Assembly: GCA_024704765.1 (NCBI GenBank)
Contig: JAKMXF010000011.1
Coordinates: forward strand, 248,001-312,000
Source of the DNA: Oopsacas minuta
Taxonomy: Eukaryota > Animalia > Porifera
Length of the DNA stretch: 64,000 nucleotides
Reading direction: 5' to 3'
In this document: one piece after another, positions 1 to 13,600 of the stretch
Numbering within the stretch: the stretch's first letter is position 1
How the letters are laid out: every line of letters starts with the position of its first letter
The notes under the pieces: model-generated
The model's database searches: none
Seen by the model: only the letters and a program-made list of their open reading frames with translations
Told to the model about the DNA's origin: nothing
Translations under genes and position numbers: made by a program

Positions 1-451
1 AATCGTTTCAATACAATTAGCCTTATATAAGCATGAACATTACAGCTATCAACAAATACTTGAACCTAGCTACTATTATAATAGTAAAATAATTGGGTAT
101 TACCAGTAGTGCTATTGCACAGTGGGCTACTAGGATGCATTAGGCCAAATTATTACCTTCATTTATACTATTTTGAATTATGAATTAGTTCTAGATATAT
201 TCAGTGAAAAATTTGTAAAGTATCAGATCAAATAGTTAAGTATTTCCATTTATGTGGTCAATCAAATGTCGGACTTAATTGCTGTATTCTAAGTTTATAC
301 ATCAATTATATAAATGACAGAAGCAATTTCAGTAATCTGTTTAATTTATGATGCATACAATTGTTCATTTACATGCTTTCCAAGCAAAGTGAGTGCGCTA
401 AATTTGAATATATCATTTATTTTCTTCAAAAACGAAAAGATTAATCAGATA

Positions 452-773
452 CAGTAGAGTTCGTCTATTAGCAATTTCCCTATTAACAAGATTTTGAAGT
501 GCAAGGTATAGGGATTTATGTATAAACAAGTTCGCATATTAGCAAGATTCACATATTAGCAAGTTATTTAGGCTCACAATGCCCCAAATTGCATAAAACA
601 TGTTCCCTTAGAAGCAAGTTCGCTTATAAGCAGGTTTTCTTATAGAAACAGGACTTTTAATAAGTAACCTTTAGTTCGTTGATAAGCAAGAAGAAGTTGC
701 TACGAAGAACTTGCTAATACCCGTACTTTTAGTTCATCTATTAGCAAGAACTTGCCATAATGAGATCATTCTG
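452..773. mobile_element. pogo/Tigger-like MITE (degenerate)
   Basis: TA|CAGTAGAGTTCG...CATTCTG|TA, with internal repeated TATTAGCAAG motifs. TIR match is loose. Confidence 0.4.
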
Positions 774-1086
774 TAGTATAGTAGTAAAGCTCATTAACAT
801 TCTTCGATTTAGAGGAAATTGTGGTTGCTTTTGAATTAAGTAGGAAGCTTTCTCGTAAGTATTACATTCACTGTATGTATAAATTTATATGGTTTCTGTA
901 TACAAGTAGGCTTTCAAAAAGTTATCTTATGTTTGTCTATAAGTGTACTACAATATCATTATACGTATTATATTATCTCATACACGTATGTACGTGTACA
1001 TACAGCAATAGTATTTACCAAATTGCTCTCCTCTTGTATATTGTAGCTGTAAAACAATTTGGTTTTAAAGGCATCGCAAATATCGC

Positions 1087-2558
1087 TTGGAAATCTATAA
1101 CGGAGAATCGATACTAACCCTCAGTAACATAGTTTCACCAGAAAAATCAACATTCTTTGCATATCAACTTAAGCTGGGGAAAGGAAAAAGGAGAGATCTT
1201 AAATATTATCTCCAATCAGAAGGCCTCGTTTTGGAAACTTGGGAAAAACTTGGAAAAAAATTAGTGAAATTAGAAAGTCAATTCTTCCAACATGTAAGTG
1301 GTATCAAAAATGTACTATAGGGGTCTATATATCTTACTAATCAAATGTCATTTCCCTCTTTGACCGGTTGTTAAAATAATGTGCCCTAAATTTTCCTACA
1401 CCACACTTCTATCCATTAACACTCAAAATCAAGCATTCGCTGGATAGTTCTGGATCTGATTCCTCTCTTGGGTTATGGTCAGACTTGAATATATACCGAT
1501 CAAATTATATTGTCTTCACGATTTCACCTATTCAGGTAATAGATAGATTCAGGAATGTTCTGTGGAAAAATAGGCAACCTAACTCGTGATTTTCAAACCA
1601 ACCAGTGGCACATATTTGCCAAAAGGATACTATTGACACTGTTCTAGATTTGAGCAAGATACAAAACCCTGAAATTGTTTCATTTAATGAGAATGGTTTT
1701 GATCACCTAAATGGCAATGTCAAAGTAGAAGTCCAAGCTTCAATGTTTGATGGCAAAACCTTAGAAACGATGACAGGTAAAGGAGGAGCGCCATGTACTG
1801 CCTGCAAAGCAACCCGAAGTGATATAAATAGTATTATGAAAGTTGTTTGAGGTTTTCCTTTGGATCGTTCGATAGAGGATAGCAAAGAGACAATCCGTCA
1901 GTTAACATCTGATGGAAAAGAGCTAATGAGCTACAATACAAAGCAACGGTGTGGGATTACACACGAACCTGCAAGTAGCACTGATGTATTTCCTGCAGCG
2001 GCCTTACATTCTTAATAAAGGATATTAGATTGGTTCTTGAACCTCATCCACAAAGTTGCAGCAGAAAAGCCCAAGTGGACTGAGGATCAAATGGTACGAG
2101 CTTATCGATGTTTAGTATGCAAGCGTATCCATAAGCTCATGAACTTATTATTCGACCAACCAGGAGGAATTGGGAACACAAGCACTGCTAACATATCAAA
2201 AACCGTATTTTTGGGATCGCTTTATCGTTTGTACCAAATGTTTATAGAGATGCTCTAATAAAGTTTCATAGGAAATTATCTGCATTACTCAAAGTTGTTA
2301 ATAGTAGTGAAGTTGTCGATGTAGACAGATTTCGTGTGTTAAGTCAAGAAACCTAAGTACTAATCTTACAAACCTTTCCTTGGGTATCTATTAGCAATAC
2401 ACTCCGCCAATCTTTGGCTCATGTCTATCAGTTTACTGAGAGAAATGACAGGGTAGGACTGTGTAGCTTTCTGAAGAAGGGTTAGAACAAGGACACAAGT
2501 TGATCCGAGACTTCTCAAGACATTTGAGCAGGAATCAGATTTTCTAAGTGGGTTAAGT
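1087..2558 (+). pseudogene. RAG1-like/Transib transposase remnant (many stops and frameshifts); a few codons continue after 4565
   Basis: Motifs in order: SMFDGK...GGAPCTACKAT (second catalytic D plus CxxC), ALHS..ILDWFLNLIH, GGIGNTSTANIS, and LSEEGLEQGHKLIRDF (catalytic E, ~2470-2515). All are colinear with the intact ORF at 42228-44357. Confidence 0.85.
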
Positions 2559-4557
2559 CAGAGGTTCTCAAACTATTTTGTCGCGACCCCAATTTCTAAC
2601 ATTTAATATTGCGACCCAATAAGCTAAAAATTATTTGTATTCATGAAAATACAATTTATTAATTTCGAAAACTATGTTACCACAATTCACACAAATGTTG
2701 AATACTTTGTCACTAAAAAAGAACTGTAGCAATAAGGCTATATTCACTAAATCATTAATCAGTTTCAATGTGAGGGGTGTGTTTGTTTGTTAGTTGTGAG
2801 ATCTATGAATCGTAGTTTAACTTTTCTGTACATACGCGAGTCGCAAATTGTGCTCCACCTGCAGGCGATTTCAAGCTTTTGTTTTCAGAGTAGTAAGTGT
2901 AGTGAACCAGTTTCGCATGCCCATATTGTGGGAAAAAGTATCAACACTTTGAGTGCATGCTTGGCCAGAATGGGATAGGTCGAATGAATGCATGTCCAGA
3001 AATTACATGTTTTTGACCTTTCTTGAAAAAGGATTCGATTAGTTGGTTCATTTGTTGCATCTATTAACTGCTCTACCACTCCTAACGGTAGGAAAGAAAG
3101 GTAACTTTTTCAATTAAGAAAGGCAAATCAGCTAATCATATTCATCAGTAGAAATCAGTTAATTTCCAAAATAATGATCAAATTTAGTTGGACAACCAAG
3201 TGCCACCAGATAATTTACTTGCAGTATGTAGAACTAATGCTATATGCTTTGCCCCCATTTCTTCACAAAGGGCAGTAAACAGTCTCTGTTTAAGAGGTCG
3301 AGCTTTGACAAAGTTAACTATGGATACAACATTCTTTATTGTTTCATTCAATTGGAGACAGGTCCATAGCCATTAATGCTTCACGATGGATGAAGCAGTG
3401 TGTCCACTTAGCAGATTTAGCAACATCTTGGATTCGTTTCACAACACCATTTCTGATACCTGTGCAGGCAGCAGCTCCATCTATACATATTCCAACACAT
3501 TTGCCCCATCCAATGTTTTTGGACACAAAGAGGGTGTTCAAGCATTTTAATATATCGAAGCCAGTAGTAGTAGTAGTAGGCAGTACTCTGCAGAACGCGT
3601 AATTCTCAATTATCTCGCAGTCACTGACGTATCTAATGAACACAGAAAGTTGAGACATACTCGCTATATCAAGTGACTCATCTGGTTGAGTAGCATAGTA
3701 CGCTGAGTCATTGACCTGTTGCAATATTTGTTCAAGGACATCTTCAGACATACCAACTATGCGTTTCCGTAAAGTATCATTTGACAAAGATAGCACCATT
3801 AATTTCTTGCTCTCAGTTTGTCCAAGCATGGTCACAACTACTTGTTTCATGAGAGGAAGTATCAAATTCTCATCAATGCTGTGTGGCTTTAAATTTTGGC
3901 AATGTGATAGGAAGATACATTTGATGCATGTACTGCTGCCTTATTACTGGTGAATGAAGCCATTACCGAATTTTTTCTATGTAAAGCATGAACCTTTCAT
4001 TCAAAAAGGTTGATTGGTTCATCCACGAAATTAGGATGTTTTGTATCCAGATGACTATGTAACTTGTTCGCCGTAATAGATTCAGCTGATAGGATCACTC
4101 CACATAAGACACATTTCGGTTTGCAATGAAATTCTACAAACCAAATTTCAAAAAGGTTTCATAATAGTACCGCTTTCGTGATTTTGATTTAGTTGTTGAA
4201 ACAGACATCAATGAACAAAACACACCGAAGCAGGTAGAAAGTAACAAGTATATCTAGTACTGCCAGTCAACTATAATCCGTACTAAGAGTACTCTAATTT
4301 GTCAAGAAAAAAAGTAAATGTATAAATCGTGTTTTAGTGGGAGGAGGTTGCTACCTCCTATAATTTTTAACAAAGGCTAAATAAGTAAAACACCACTGCA
4401 ATACAAAATTATGAATGTATATTATTACTAATACATATACGTGTTTTTAGGTTATACTATAGATAAATATTTCCTACCCCATTAATTATGTGTCAATAAT
4501 ATATCTTTATGCGACCGCACAAGAATTACGTGGCGACCCACGCTTTGAGAACCGCTG
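2559..4557 (-). mobile_element. hAT (Buster/Charlie, ZBED5/FAM200-like) element, internally deleted, inserted into the Transib ORF
   Basis: TIRs CAGAGGTTCTCAAAC / CAGCGGTTCTCAAAG. Perfect 8-bp TSD GGTTAAGT (2551-2558, 4558-4565) with central TA. ORF pieces 3344-3865 (DES.DI..QLSVFIRYV, CIDGAAAC.G, CFIHREAL) and 2885-3079 (YPILAKHALKVLILFPT..CETG). Confidence 0.93.
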
Positions 4558-7430
4558 GGTTAAGTGATGTTGCAATGAGATGGTCACCCAACTTAGTTTT
4601 TATGAGAAAAAAAATTGAATATATGAATATACTATGGTAAATGAAGAATAACTAACATAGAAGTATCTTATTAACGAATTACTGTTAAATCTAGATTTCT
4701 TTATTAGTCTATATGGTAATTAAGGTTACGTCATATATTGAAACCTGAGGTGATACTAGAAAAGTGAAATTAACAAACGAACCGCAATAGTCACCTTACT
4801 ATATAGTAATAATGTATTGTATAAGCCTATATCTAAAATTGAACGCATAAATCCCCAATACTAGTAATTCGCAATAATAGACAACTGTGCTATTGATATC
4901 ATCGAGAAAATAGAATTATTGAAAGAGTAATAGCATCTACGATAACACTTAAGGTAGTCTCACAGTCAACTAATGTAGAAATCATCAATAACATGGAGAT
5001 AATTGAAAGTTTAAACTTGATTCACGAATTCATACCCTTAAACCACTTTCACGCCCTGGTCAGATAGATGTTCTTATATTCTGAATATAATGTTGTAGTA
5101 TATCCAGGGAATGCCCAGATGAACAAGAATGTAAACAGACCACTGAATGATTTTGTATCCTCCGAGACTTATCAAGTCCCAATATATACGTCACCAGCGG
5201 ACACCAATAGGTCAATATACATGGGAGATAACAAATAAGCAGAAAGTACCAAGTCCACCAATCCTAGTTATTATAAATATTTAGTTAGCGCATTCACCTT
5301 TCTTAACTAACATATTAGTCTCAAATACAAGAATTTATCAAAGATTCATCTTATCTTTGTATAATTACAAAGTCCAACGCTGATTTTTCGTCTGTGGTGA
5401 ATATACTTTATGGTATTTCATCAAGTATGCTGATTCCGAAATGTAGTCCGTTTTACTACACTACGTCACAATTTGATATTATGTACATCAAAAATGAAAA
5501 ACTGCCAGAATATCAGAAATATTTCCCCGATACTAACCAATTATATGCACTGTGTGGGTTTTGAATAAACAGCTAGGAAAAGTTCGGAATCTAAGAAGAA
5601 GAAAATCCAAATTCAAAAATCTGCCATTCTTATCATTGCAACTGATTTCTCGGAATTCCACAAATAAAATTGGTAGAGTAAAAGGTCAATGATATAATTC
5701 CATTTGCATATATAAATACACCAGTGATTCATTAGTTCCTCGGAAAGCAATGTGATTTTGTGAACATAAATGAAAGCATCAAAAATAGACCCAAAAATGA
5801 CGCTATTTTTCTTTCATTTAATATATCTGCTACAACAAATAGTTAGTTGTGTTTCTTTATGAAAAATATTTTATATGTCTTTCATTTCACGTAACATTAC
5901 TTCTGATTCAAAGAATTCTAATGGTCAATTATTCGATCCAAATGTTTCCAATCCTTGAATCCTTTTAAGCAAGTTATCTGTTTGCTGGAGGTGCACGAAA
6001 CTCAAAAGTGTCTTGTGGACTTTCCACAAATCATTCTTCCTGAAAACGTCACTTTCGAAATTGAGAGATAGAAGGTTTTTGAGGAATTTTACCCTAGATC
6101 TCTGGTATTATCAAGAGCCTGGATTAGAAATATAATTATTGTTGAATTTATTAAAGTACCTGTGCCTGTGCAAAACCTGTGTAAAATACTGAGAATAGTG
6201 GTGTAAGGTTCCCAAATTTATAAATAACGCATACACACTGCTTCTAAAATACAATCAATATCATTAATGGACAAAATTTTTATTTTACCAACAGTGTTGA
6301 TTCACAATTGGTCAGGAAATATGTAGTTAATTAATACTTGGATGGACCAAAAATGACAAATCATACCTCAGGAGCAATGACAATTTACTCTTTTCGGTTT
6401 AGCGAGGACCCGAATCTTCGTTAACTCGAACAAGGTATAAAGGACATGGAACTTCTGAAAATATTCTAAAATTTTCAAAACCTAATAATATACTCAGCAC
6501 TACGTGTCTCCTCGGGTATATAACAGGGAACATATATTTTATAATACCCATAGCCCATCCAAATTACATTTAATGGGCTTAGTTGATACACTGTAGCTTA
6601 TACGTGACTTTTGGTCAGTAAGCAGTCATGATCAAGTCAGAATTTCATGATGAATTCACAATTGTTAGAAGTGATGAAGTCATTGGGCCTATTGTGGGGT
6701 AGCTATGATTCAAATTTCAACAATGAATAATCTATATTGGCTGAGCATTGGCTAATAATGTGAATTTTGAAAATCCAAAATTTGACAATATCGTCAAAAT
6801 TGTCTAATCCAGGCACAAAAGACCCTATATGCCAAAAGTAGGGAAAGGATGTGCCAGTTTATACAATCAATTAGCAGAAATACAAAACAAATGTGGAATA
6901 TATTTTAGCATATCATTGCAAACTTAAATGGACTATAAATGACAATGTTCAGTTTGGGGAGGGGGCACCCCCAAATAGAGCAATCTAACCAAAATATTTG
7001 CTAGGTTATCAATTTGGGGAGAGGGCACCCCCAAATAAAGAGGATGCCTCCAAAATATAATATACAAACATTCATTTGAGGAGGCACTCTGAAATTTAGG
7101 GTGCCCCAAATGAACCAATAGAAGGATTACTACCAAATAACTTCAGTTCAGAGTTAACAAATCTATGTAAACGAAAAGTCCTTTATAGCATTCGTCGAGC
7201 TCAAATAATTTGACTATTCAAAAATAAAAAGGTGAGAGCAGATCATACGAATATATATATATATATGGCATACACGAGAATAGCAAATGATTGCGTTTTA
7301 TAAAAGGGCGTCTCTAACCAGCAACATAGGTTGCTAGGACCTTTGCACATAGCAACCTAGAAGGGACATAATAATATAATTATTCCAATATTTTATATCT
7401 CAAGTAATGTATGTTATTATTAGTTATATA

Positions 7431-8764
7431 CAGTGCAGGTCAAAAAGAATTGCCCAAATGAATGTATACAGTATAGTAAATGTCAAATTGTAAACACTGA
7501 CCAGATAATTGAATTCTTGCGAAACAATACTCAGCCATATGTATTTTGACAAGTAACACACCAACACAGCTAATCCACTCATTATATTTGCACAACTTAC
7601 AGTTTTTATTTTGTATTATTTTTTTCCAATTTATCTGTTTTTATCGAATTTTCTATCCCTTCTAAACCCGAATTTTCATTGAAAATCGAGCCAACCTGAT
7701 ACTACTTGCAGAAAGTGGCCATACTCAGAGGGAGATAACTAAAATGGTTGGGTGTAGCCGAGATCCTTAAGAAACGCAGGCTGAGTGGCACGGTAAGAGA
7801 CCTCGCTATTCAGGGTAGGCCTCGTGTCACAACCAAAAGGCAAGACAATTTATTGGTCAGAAAATGCAAAAAGGATCGATTTAAGACTGCTAACCAGATC
7901 AAAGCTGAAGTGTTATCAGAATATTCGATAAAACTTCCTACTTCAACAGTTCAGAGAAGGTTACGAGGGGCTGGACTGTTCGGACGAAAGCCACGAAGGA
8001 AGCCCGCCTTACTACCAAGCACAAAAGAGACAGACTTTCCTTCGCAAGATCGCACAAGAATTGGAATACTGAAGAATGGGCAAGAGTTGTGTTCAGTGAC
8101 GAATCTAGGTTCCTTCTGTATACAAATGACGGGAGAGCCTACGTCAGGAGGATGAAAGGGAATGAGTTCCCAGAGAGGTGTCTTCAAAAAACTTACAAGT
8201 TTGGTGGAGGTGGCATCATGGTTTGGAGATGCTTTGCTGGAGTGGTGTAGGACTCTTGTGGAAAGTTTCTGGGAACCTCAAGACAAATTCCTACATTGAT
8301 ATATTGGAAAATGCACTAATCCCAAGCGTTGATTTGCATTCTCTACATTCTGGATGGACCTTTCAGCAAGACAACGCCCCAAGCCATAGGTCAAAGGGTG
8401 CTAAACAATGGTTTGGTGAGCAAAGAATAGAGGTTATGAATTGGCCTGCTCAGTCACCTGATCTAAATCCGATTGAGAATCTTTGGGATCACATTTCCCT
8501 CAGAATTCAAAAGAGCAGCCCATCCAACCACAGAGTAATGGAATGCCATATTAAGCAATTGGGAAAGCATCGACATTAACAGGCTCCATACTCTAAATGA
8601 GAGTATGCCGCAAAGATGTAAAGCCGTAATTCAAGCAAGAGGAAGTTCTATTAAATACTAACAACAATTTACTTGATTATGATAAAGTATTATTGTTAAA
8701 ATCAGTCATAGATATAAGAAATTGGGGTAAATTTATTCTGAGCAATTCTTTTTGACCGGCACTG
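7431..8764 (+). mobile_element. Tc1-family element (DD34E), full length, transposase frameshifted
   Basis: TA|CAGTGCAGGTCAAAAAGAATTGC ... GCAATTCTTTTTGACCGGCACTG|TA. ORFs 7748-8155 and 8178-8579 carry GRPR, QQDNAPSH and WPAQSPDLNPIENLW, with 34 residues between D and E. Confidence 0.93.
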
Positions 8765-8899
8765 TATTAACCTGAAGAAACTAATGGGTTTCTTCTCATC
8801 TTCTGAAAGAAGGAAATATAAAAAATTTTAAGAGAGGATGTTTTTGCGTGTAATGGACATTCATGTTGTATTTCTACACCTCTTGGTTACAATTCCCAG

Positions 8900-9300
8900 C
8901 CTCACATTACGCCAGATAATTACAACACTTATCTATTTTGGAATAGGTTAGAATTAACCTATGTTCAAAAAATCATATGTAAAGTCTTGAGTCAACACAG
9001 TAATATTTTTTTGTCATGTTTGTATCGGTTATCTTCTTTTATTGTTACAATGCCCTCACCACAAATTCCACATATATCATCCAAATTTATTCACTTTATA
9101 TATGAAATCCAATATGACCTTAATTTTTTCCAGGAAATCTATCTTCCTAAAGACTTAACATGTTAATTTATCACAAGATCGTTGTGAAGATGTTTTTTGT
9201 AGATTCCAATAGCTGCAATTGCACTCCAATATCTAAGTGAAACTGTTTGTAAAATATATATAATGGCATTCCAACTGAAACATTTGATACAGTATGTGGT
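8900..9300 (-). pseudogene. Possible non-LTR retrotransposon 3' remnant
   Basis: The minus strand reads DDICGICGEG (CxxC, ~9053-9082) within stop-riddled coding-like sequence. No RT core was seen. Confidence 0.3.
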
Positions 9301-9446
9301 TTTATGACTACACATTTTGCCAATCAATTTCAGTTCATCGTAAGTTAATAAACAATTCCGGTAGAGTATTCTATATCAACCTAATTGTACTTGTTGAACT
9401 CAGATGTCAAACTCTTTCCATTTCATTAAGATATATATACCTTGCA

Positions 9447-10822
9447 CAGAGTGATTCAAAAAAATGCAACCCAAATTGTTTTACGGGTACCCTATCTTTA
9501 TTTCTTAACTAATCCTATTTATCTTTTTGATTATAATTGGTTTGAGTCTAAACGATCAGAAAATGCCAAATTGGATACTGCAGCACCGAATTTTCTGCGT
9601 GGAACATTATTTTAATACCTCTTCATACGAGACTGTAAAGACGCAATTTCGTACATCATTCCAGACCCAAGTTGCTCCCGATAAATCGATTATCTATCGC
9701 TGGGTGGAGAAGTTGAGGAAGTATGGGACAGTTCAAACCTCAATAGTAAGTGTGATGACAGTCTAACGCGTTCTGGTCGGAGAAAGAAACGAACAGCAAA
9801 AGTTATTGAGATGGTCCGAAATTCTGTTGAATTCAGTCCAAAACGGTCAATCAGGTGGAGGAGTCAATCATTGTCATTGGATAGAAAAATATCTGCAAGC
9901 ACTATCAGGAGGATCCTAATTGATGATCTTAAGAGGTTTCCATATCGTATACAAACAAAACAGATGTTAACAACTGGTGATAAGTCCAAAAGGCTTAAAA
10001 TGTCCAAGAATTTGCTAGAAAAAATTGAATGTCAGGGCCGATTTCTTTCACTACTTTGGATGTCCGATGAAGCCCACTTTCATCTAAATGGAAAAATCAA
10101 CTCCAAGACAAACGTGTTCTGGGGAACCCAGAGACCAATGGAAGTTGCAATGAAACCACTACACTCAGAAAAATGCACAGTATGGGCAGCCATTTCGGCG
10201 AAAGGGATCATAGGACCATTCTTTTTTGAAGAAAATGACAGGGCTGTTACAGTTACGAAAGAACGTTATGTCCAGGTCCTTGAGCTCTTCTGGGAGCAGC
10301 TCAGAGTTCTCTACCCATCACTTCTGAATCACTTTTGCTTCCAACAAGATGGAGCGAGCTCACACACCTCAAATTTCTCCAGGGACTGACTCAAAGAACA
10401 CTTTGGAGCAAGAGTCATCAGTCTCAAGACGAATTTTGAGTGAGCCCCCTATAGCCCCGACTTAAACCCTCCTGACTTCTACTTGTGGGGCTATCTTAAA
10501 GACCGAGTTTATTCTACTAAGCCTAGAACCATCAGCGAGTTGAAGGAAAACATCAGAGAAGAAATTAGAAAGATTCCGACCACTGTATGCAAAAATGTCA
10601 TGAACAACTTGGTGGTACGACTCAAGAAATGTACAGAACTCAAAGGAGGTCATTTGGAACATTTGCTCTAATTCATAAAATATTGACTGTAGTACGCTGA
10701 ATTTTTAATATGTACTAAAAATATAGATATTCTACGTATGTTCTGAGTTTGATTGAGTTTGATTAAGAATTGTCTTCACTGCAAACATTTACTTTTGGGT
10801 TGCATTTTTTTGAATCACCTGG
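9447..10822 (+). mobile_element. IS630-Tc1-mariner element of the DD41D (rosa/Visitor-like) group, defective
   Basis: TIRs of about 28 bp (GTGATTCAAAAAAATGCAACCCAAA); TA on the right flank only. Motifs WMSDEAHFHL, QQDGASSH and SPDLNPPDFYLWGYLK, with 41 residues between the last two D when two TGA stops at Trp positions (10387, 10441) are read through. Confidence 0.88.
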
Positions 10823-11556
10823 TATAAGGATTTCCAATATTGGAGTTTGCAGTTGCTGGCAATTGCTGTATTGTTTCAAAAGCTAACAATAAGAGAATCA
10901 TTGAAGAAAACCAGATTATCATCATTATGAGTAGTATCAGAATTCACAGAAGCTGGATTACCACTTAATTCCAGAACTATTCCTAATCGAATACATTCGG
11001 GAAATTGTGTGATTTTATGACATCTAGAAACTGCTAAGATATCGTTTTTGGTGCAGGAATTGGTTAAAAGGAGGTGATAAAATTTCCTTTTCATCAAGAA
11101 CGTGAACGTGGCAGTTTCACTGGTGTTAATCAGGAAGCGAATAAAGGAATTTGGATGGACCATGGATAATAAATATCCATAAAACTTCAGATATTTTAGG
11201 AATCCGAGCTAAGTAGCGTCGAGGTTATGCGTCGCCAAAAGATCAAAGGCATTAAGAAATTCATCTTTTTCAAACATAAATTAAATTCAAAAAGCTATCA
11301 CGTTATGACTTAGAAAGTGTACCGCGCTAGTTGATTTTACAATGTCAAAATTCGAATAAGGTTGCTTGATCACCTAAATTAGCCATTGGAACGAAAATCA
11401 ATGATGATTTAGAACAAGGCTGTTCTTATAGAGGCGCGGACATCCATTTTGGGCTGTAAGCAATACGATTGCTAGAACTAAATAAATATAATTTTTAGAT
11501 TTAAATTATAATATTTTTCATTGACTAATATATTTTCATTGACTAGCAAGGCAGAG

Positions 11557-12478
11557 TACAGTGTGGCAAAATGGTGATCATGCGGTAATGGGTACTTACA
11601 CTGAAGATATATGTTAAAATGTTGTCATATATACTAAATTGACTCTGTAGATTTCAAAAATGGCACCAGACTTTTGATTGCATTTCTAGGAATGGAACTA
11701 TGACGTAACCTGTGGTATTTTGATTCAATTATGGTTCAAGAGTACATGAGTCCTAATTTTTTGAGTGTTTTTATCTATCAACACTATTTATTGACAAACC
11801 TGAATAACAATGCGTATGATGAATTCAATTCTGCATTGAATACTTCAAAAATGATATCAATGAATTATATATATAGTAAATATAAAATATTATAGCGATT
11901 AATAAAATTTTCTAAAAGATATTTCATCCGACTCCGTGTGCCCCATGCACTCAATGTCAAAAAATATAAGTGGGCACCTGAAGATGGGGTCTAGAAATTA
12001 TTGAAAATGAAATTAGGAAAGATATACTAGGTGAAATTGTCGACTATCCAACTCGCAAATACTTACAATGTAAGATCGGGGAACTAGATTGTAGGTCAAG
12101 GAGCTGAAATATGGATAAAAATAGATGGCTAAAAATGCTTGGGAATGAAAAAAATTAAGTTTTAATGTGCTTTGCAAAGGAGTTAAAGTTAATAATATAA
12201 TGTATACGAATACTGATAAATGCCATTGAATTACCGAAAATCCAGGAATGGTGAAGTATCACAAGGGTATTTGAAGAATAAATATTTGTGAATTCGAGGT
12301 TTTCAAATTTCAAATTTTAGCCTAAGCTTGAAACTTTGGTTAAACACATTATAAGTTCATTAAGTAACAATAATAGCATATTTCTATGTTTGAAATAGTG
12401 CAAAAGCGAATGCACACATTAATTTTGGTAAATATCGAAGTCAAATTCTCATCTATTACCGCATAATTCCATATTAAG
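11557..12478. mobile_element. Non-autonomous RAG1-like/Transib element (922 bp) related to 41909-45021
   Basis: Left end TACAGTGTGGCAAAATGG...ATGCGGTAATGG. The subterminal sequence resembles that of 41909 (e.g. ATATACTAAAT.GAC.CTGTAGATTTCAAAAAT). The right end has CTATTACCGCAT, a 7-bp spacer and a decayed heptamer. The 5-bp TSD CAGAG is present at both sides (11552-11556, 12479-12483). Confidence 0.75.
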
Positions 12479-13386
12479 CAGAGCATGATTTACTTCTTTT
12501 GTGCTCCATGTATTCCATCAAATAGTAATTGAGTATAATATTTCTAAGAAATTTACAAATATGAAGTTTAATCAAATGATAATCAAAAGCTCCAAAATAT
12601 TGCAAACAGTCTACGTTTGCATTGTTCAAATTAAATACAGAGGTGAGTATATTGATAATCATATAGATTTCAAATTCAAAAATTTGAATTACTACCAAAT
12701 ACTAAGATGCGACCAGCGATTTCAATAAAATGTTGGAATTTGACCCCTAAGTTGATAACATTTAGACAAAACTGATTTAGACCTTTGCACAAGGTGTGAA
12801 AATATATTACTATTATATTGAACATGTAAATACAATGTTAAAGGTCAGATTTCGAATCAACATGCTCCATTATTCCTGAATAGCGATTGAAACAAAATTT
12901 CTAGAATATTCAAAGTTTGAATAATGGTGGAAAAAATGATAAACCACATGATAAATTTGTGAATTTGTAAGTTTCACTATCTGAAAATCCCAAAATCGAA
13001 CTCGACGTACACATTTCCCTGCGTGTTGATAACTAATCTTTAGTATGTTTCTGAATATAGAACGGAAGAACTCATACAAATGGTGCAAATCTTCACCTAA
13101 AAGTATCCAGGTTCCAATTTTTACGTCAATCGAATAGCTAGAATTCTCAGAATATCTGAGACGATTGTAAGGACGTTTGTACTTAGGAATGTCGCATATC
13201 GTCAATTCCATCAGGGCATCTTCCTATATCTACATGAGTTGCACAAAATAATTGATCTAATATTATCGTGAACTTCTTAATGCAGCCAAATTTAGTATAA
13301 CACCCAGAAATCTATATGTTCTTGCGATGCTACCAGAGATTAACTGGTGTCAATAGGAGTAAATATAAAATTACAATACAACTAAC

Positions 13387-13600
13387 TTGAACAACTGGAC
13401 CGACAGACTCTAAATGGGAAGGATTAGCTACGACGGCAATATGATAATTTCGGTGTAAATCTTGAATACGTTGGTTCATGCCCAAATGGTACTTAACATC
13501 ACCAGATCCTTCATCTTCAGGAGATAATGTCGGATTGAACTGACAAAAGATTTGCTCCAAAGGCTTTTGACAAACATTGGCCAAAACATTTAATCTTCCT
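13387..13600 (-). CDS. OGDH: 2-oxoglutarate dehydrogenase E1 subunit, internal exon (214 bp)
   Basis: Encodes [41 protein letters not shown]...[14 protein letters not shown], hallmark OGDH/SucA motifs. Acceptor TTTTAG at 13601-13606, donor GTTAGT at 13381-13386. The phase-2 start matches the upstream exon. Confidence 0.95.

Larger units (their letters stand above)
118..4889 (+). mobile_element. Decayed RAG1-like/Transib transposon carrying two nested insertions (452-773 and 2559-4557)
   Basis: Left end CACAGTGGGCTACTA at 118. Candidate right end reads CACAGTTGTCTATTA on the minus strand and ends at 4889. Both ends are flanked by CTATTG (112-117, 4890-4895), 6 bp rather than the usual 5. The interior has transposase remnants; the right boundary is tentative. 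Confidence 0.6.

Noticed and set aside
821-1117. Short ORFs of 60-120 aa across the window (e.g. 821-1117, 12474-12698, 51633-51896) as host genes
   Set aside because: They are AT-rich, low-complexity translations or antisense shadows of transposase remnants, with no recognisable domains or splice support.
5548-5554. Isolated CACTGTG heptamers (also near 36695, 37592, 45677 and 48982)
   Set aside because: No distal box, partner end or TSD; a 7-mer is expected by chance several times in 64 kb.
7327-7359. 10-bp hairpin TAGGTTGCTA...TAGCAACCTA as a terminator or Helitron end
   Set aside because: No associated CTRR end, poly-T tract or second copy was seen; not enough support.
10387-10443. TGA at two conserved Trp positions (also at ~29347), suggesting UGA=Trp recoding or readthrough
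   Set aside because: TGG to TGA/TAG is the easiest nonsense change (32219 has TAG at a Trp position). The same elements carry frameshifts, and the OGDH exon and intact ORFs use TGG for Trp.
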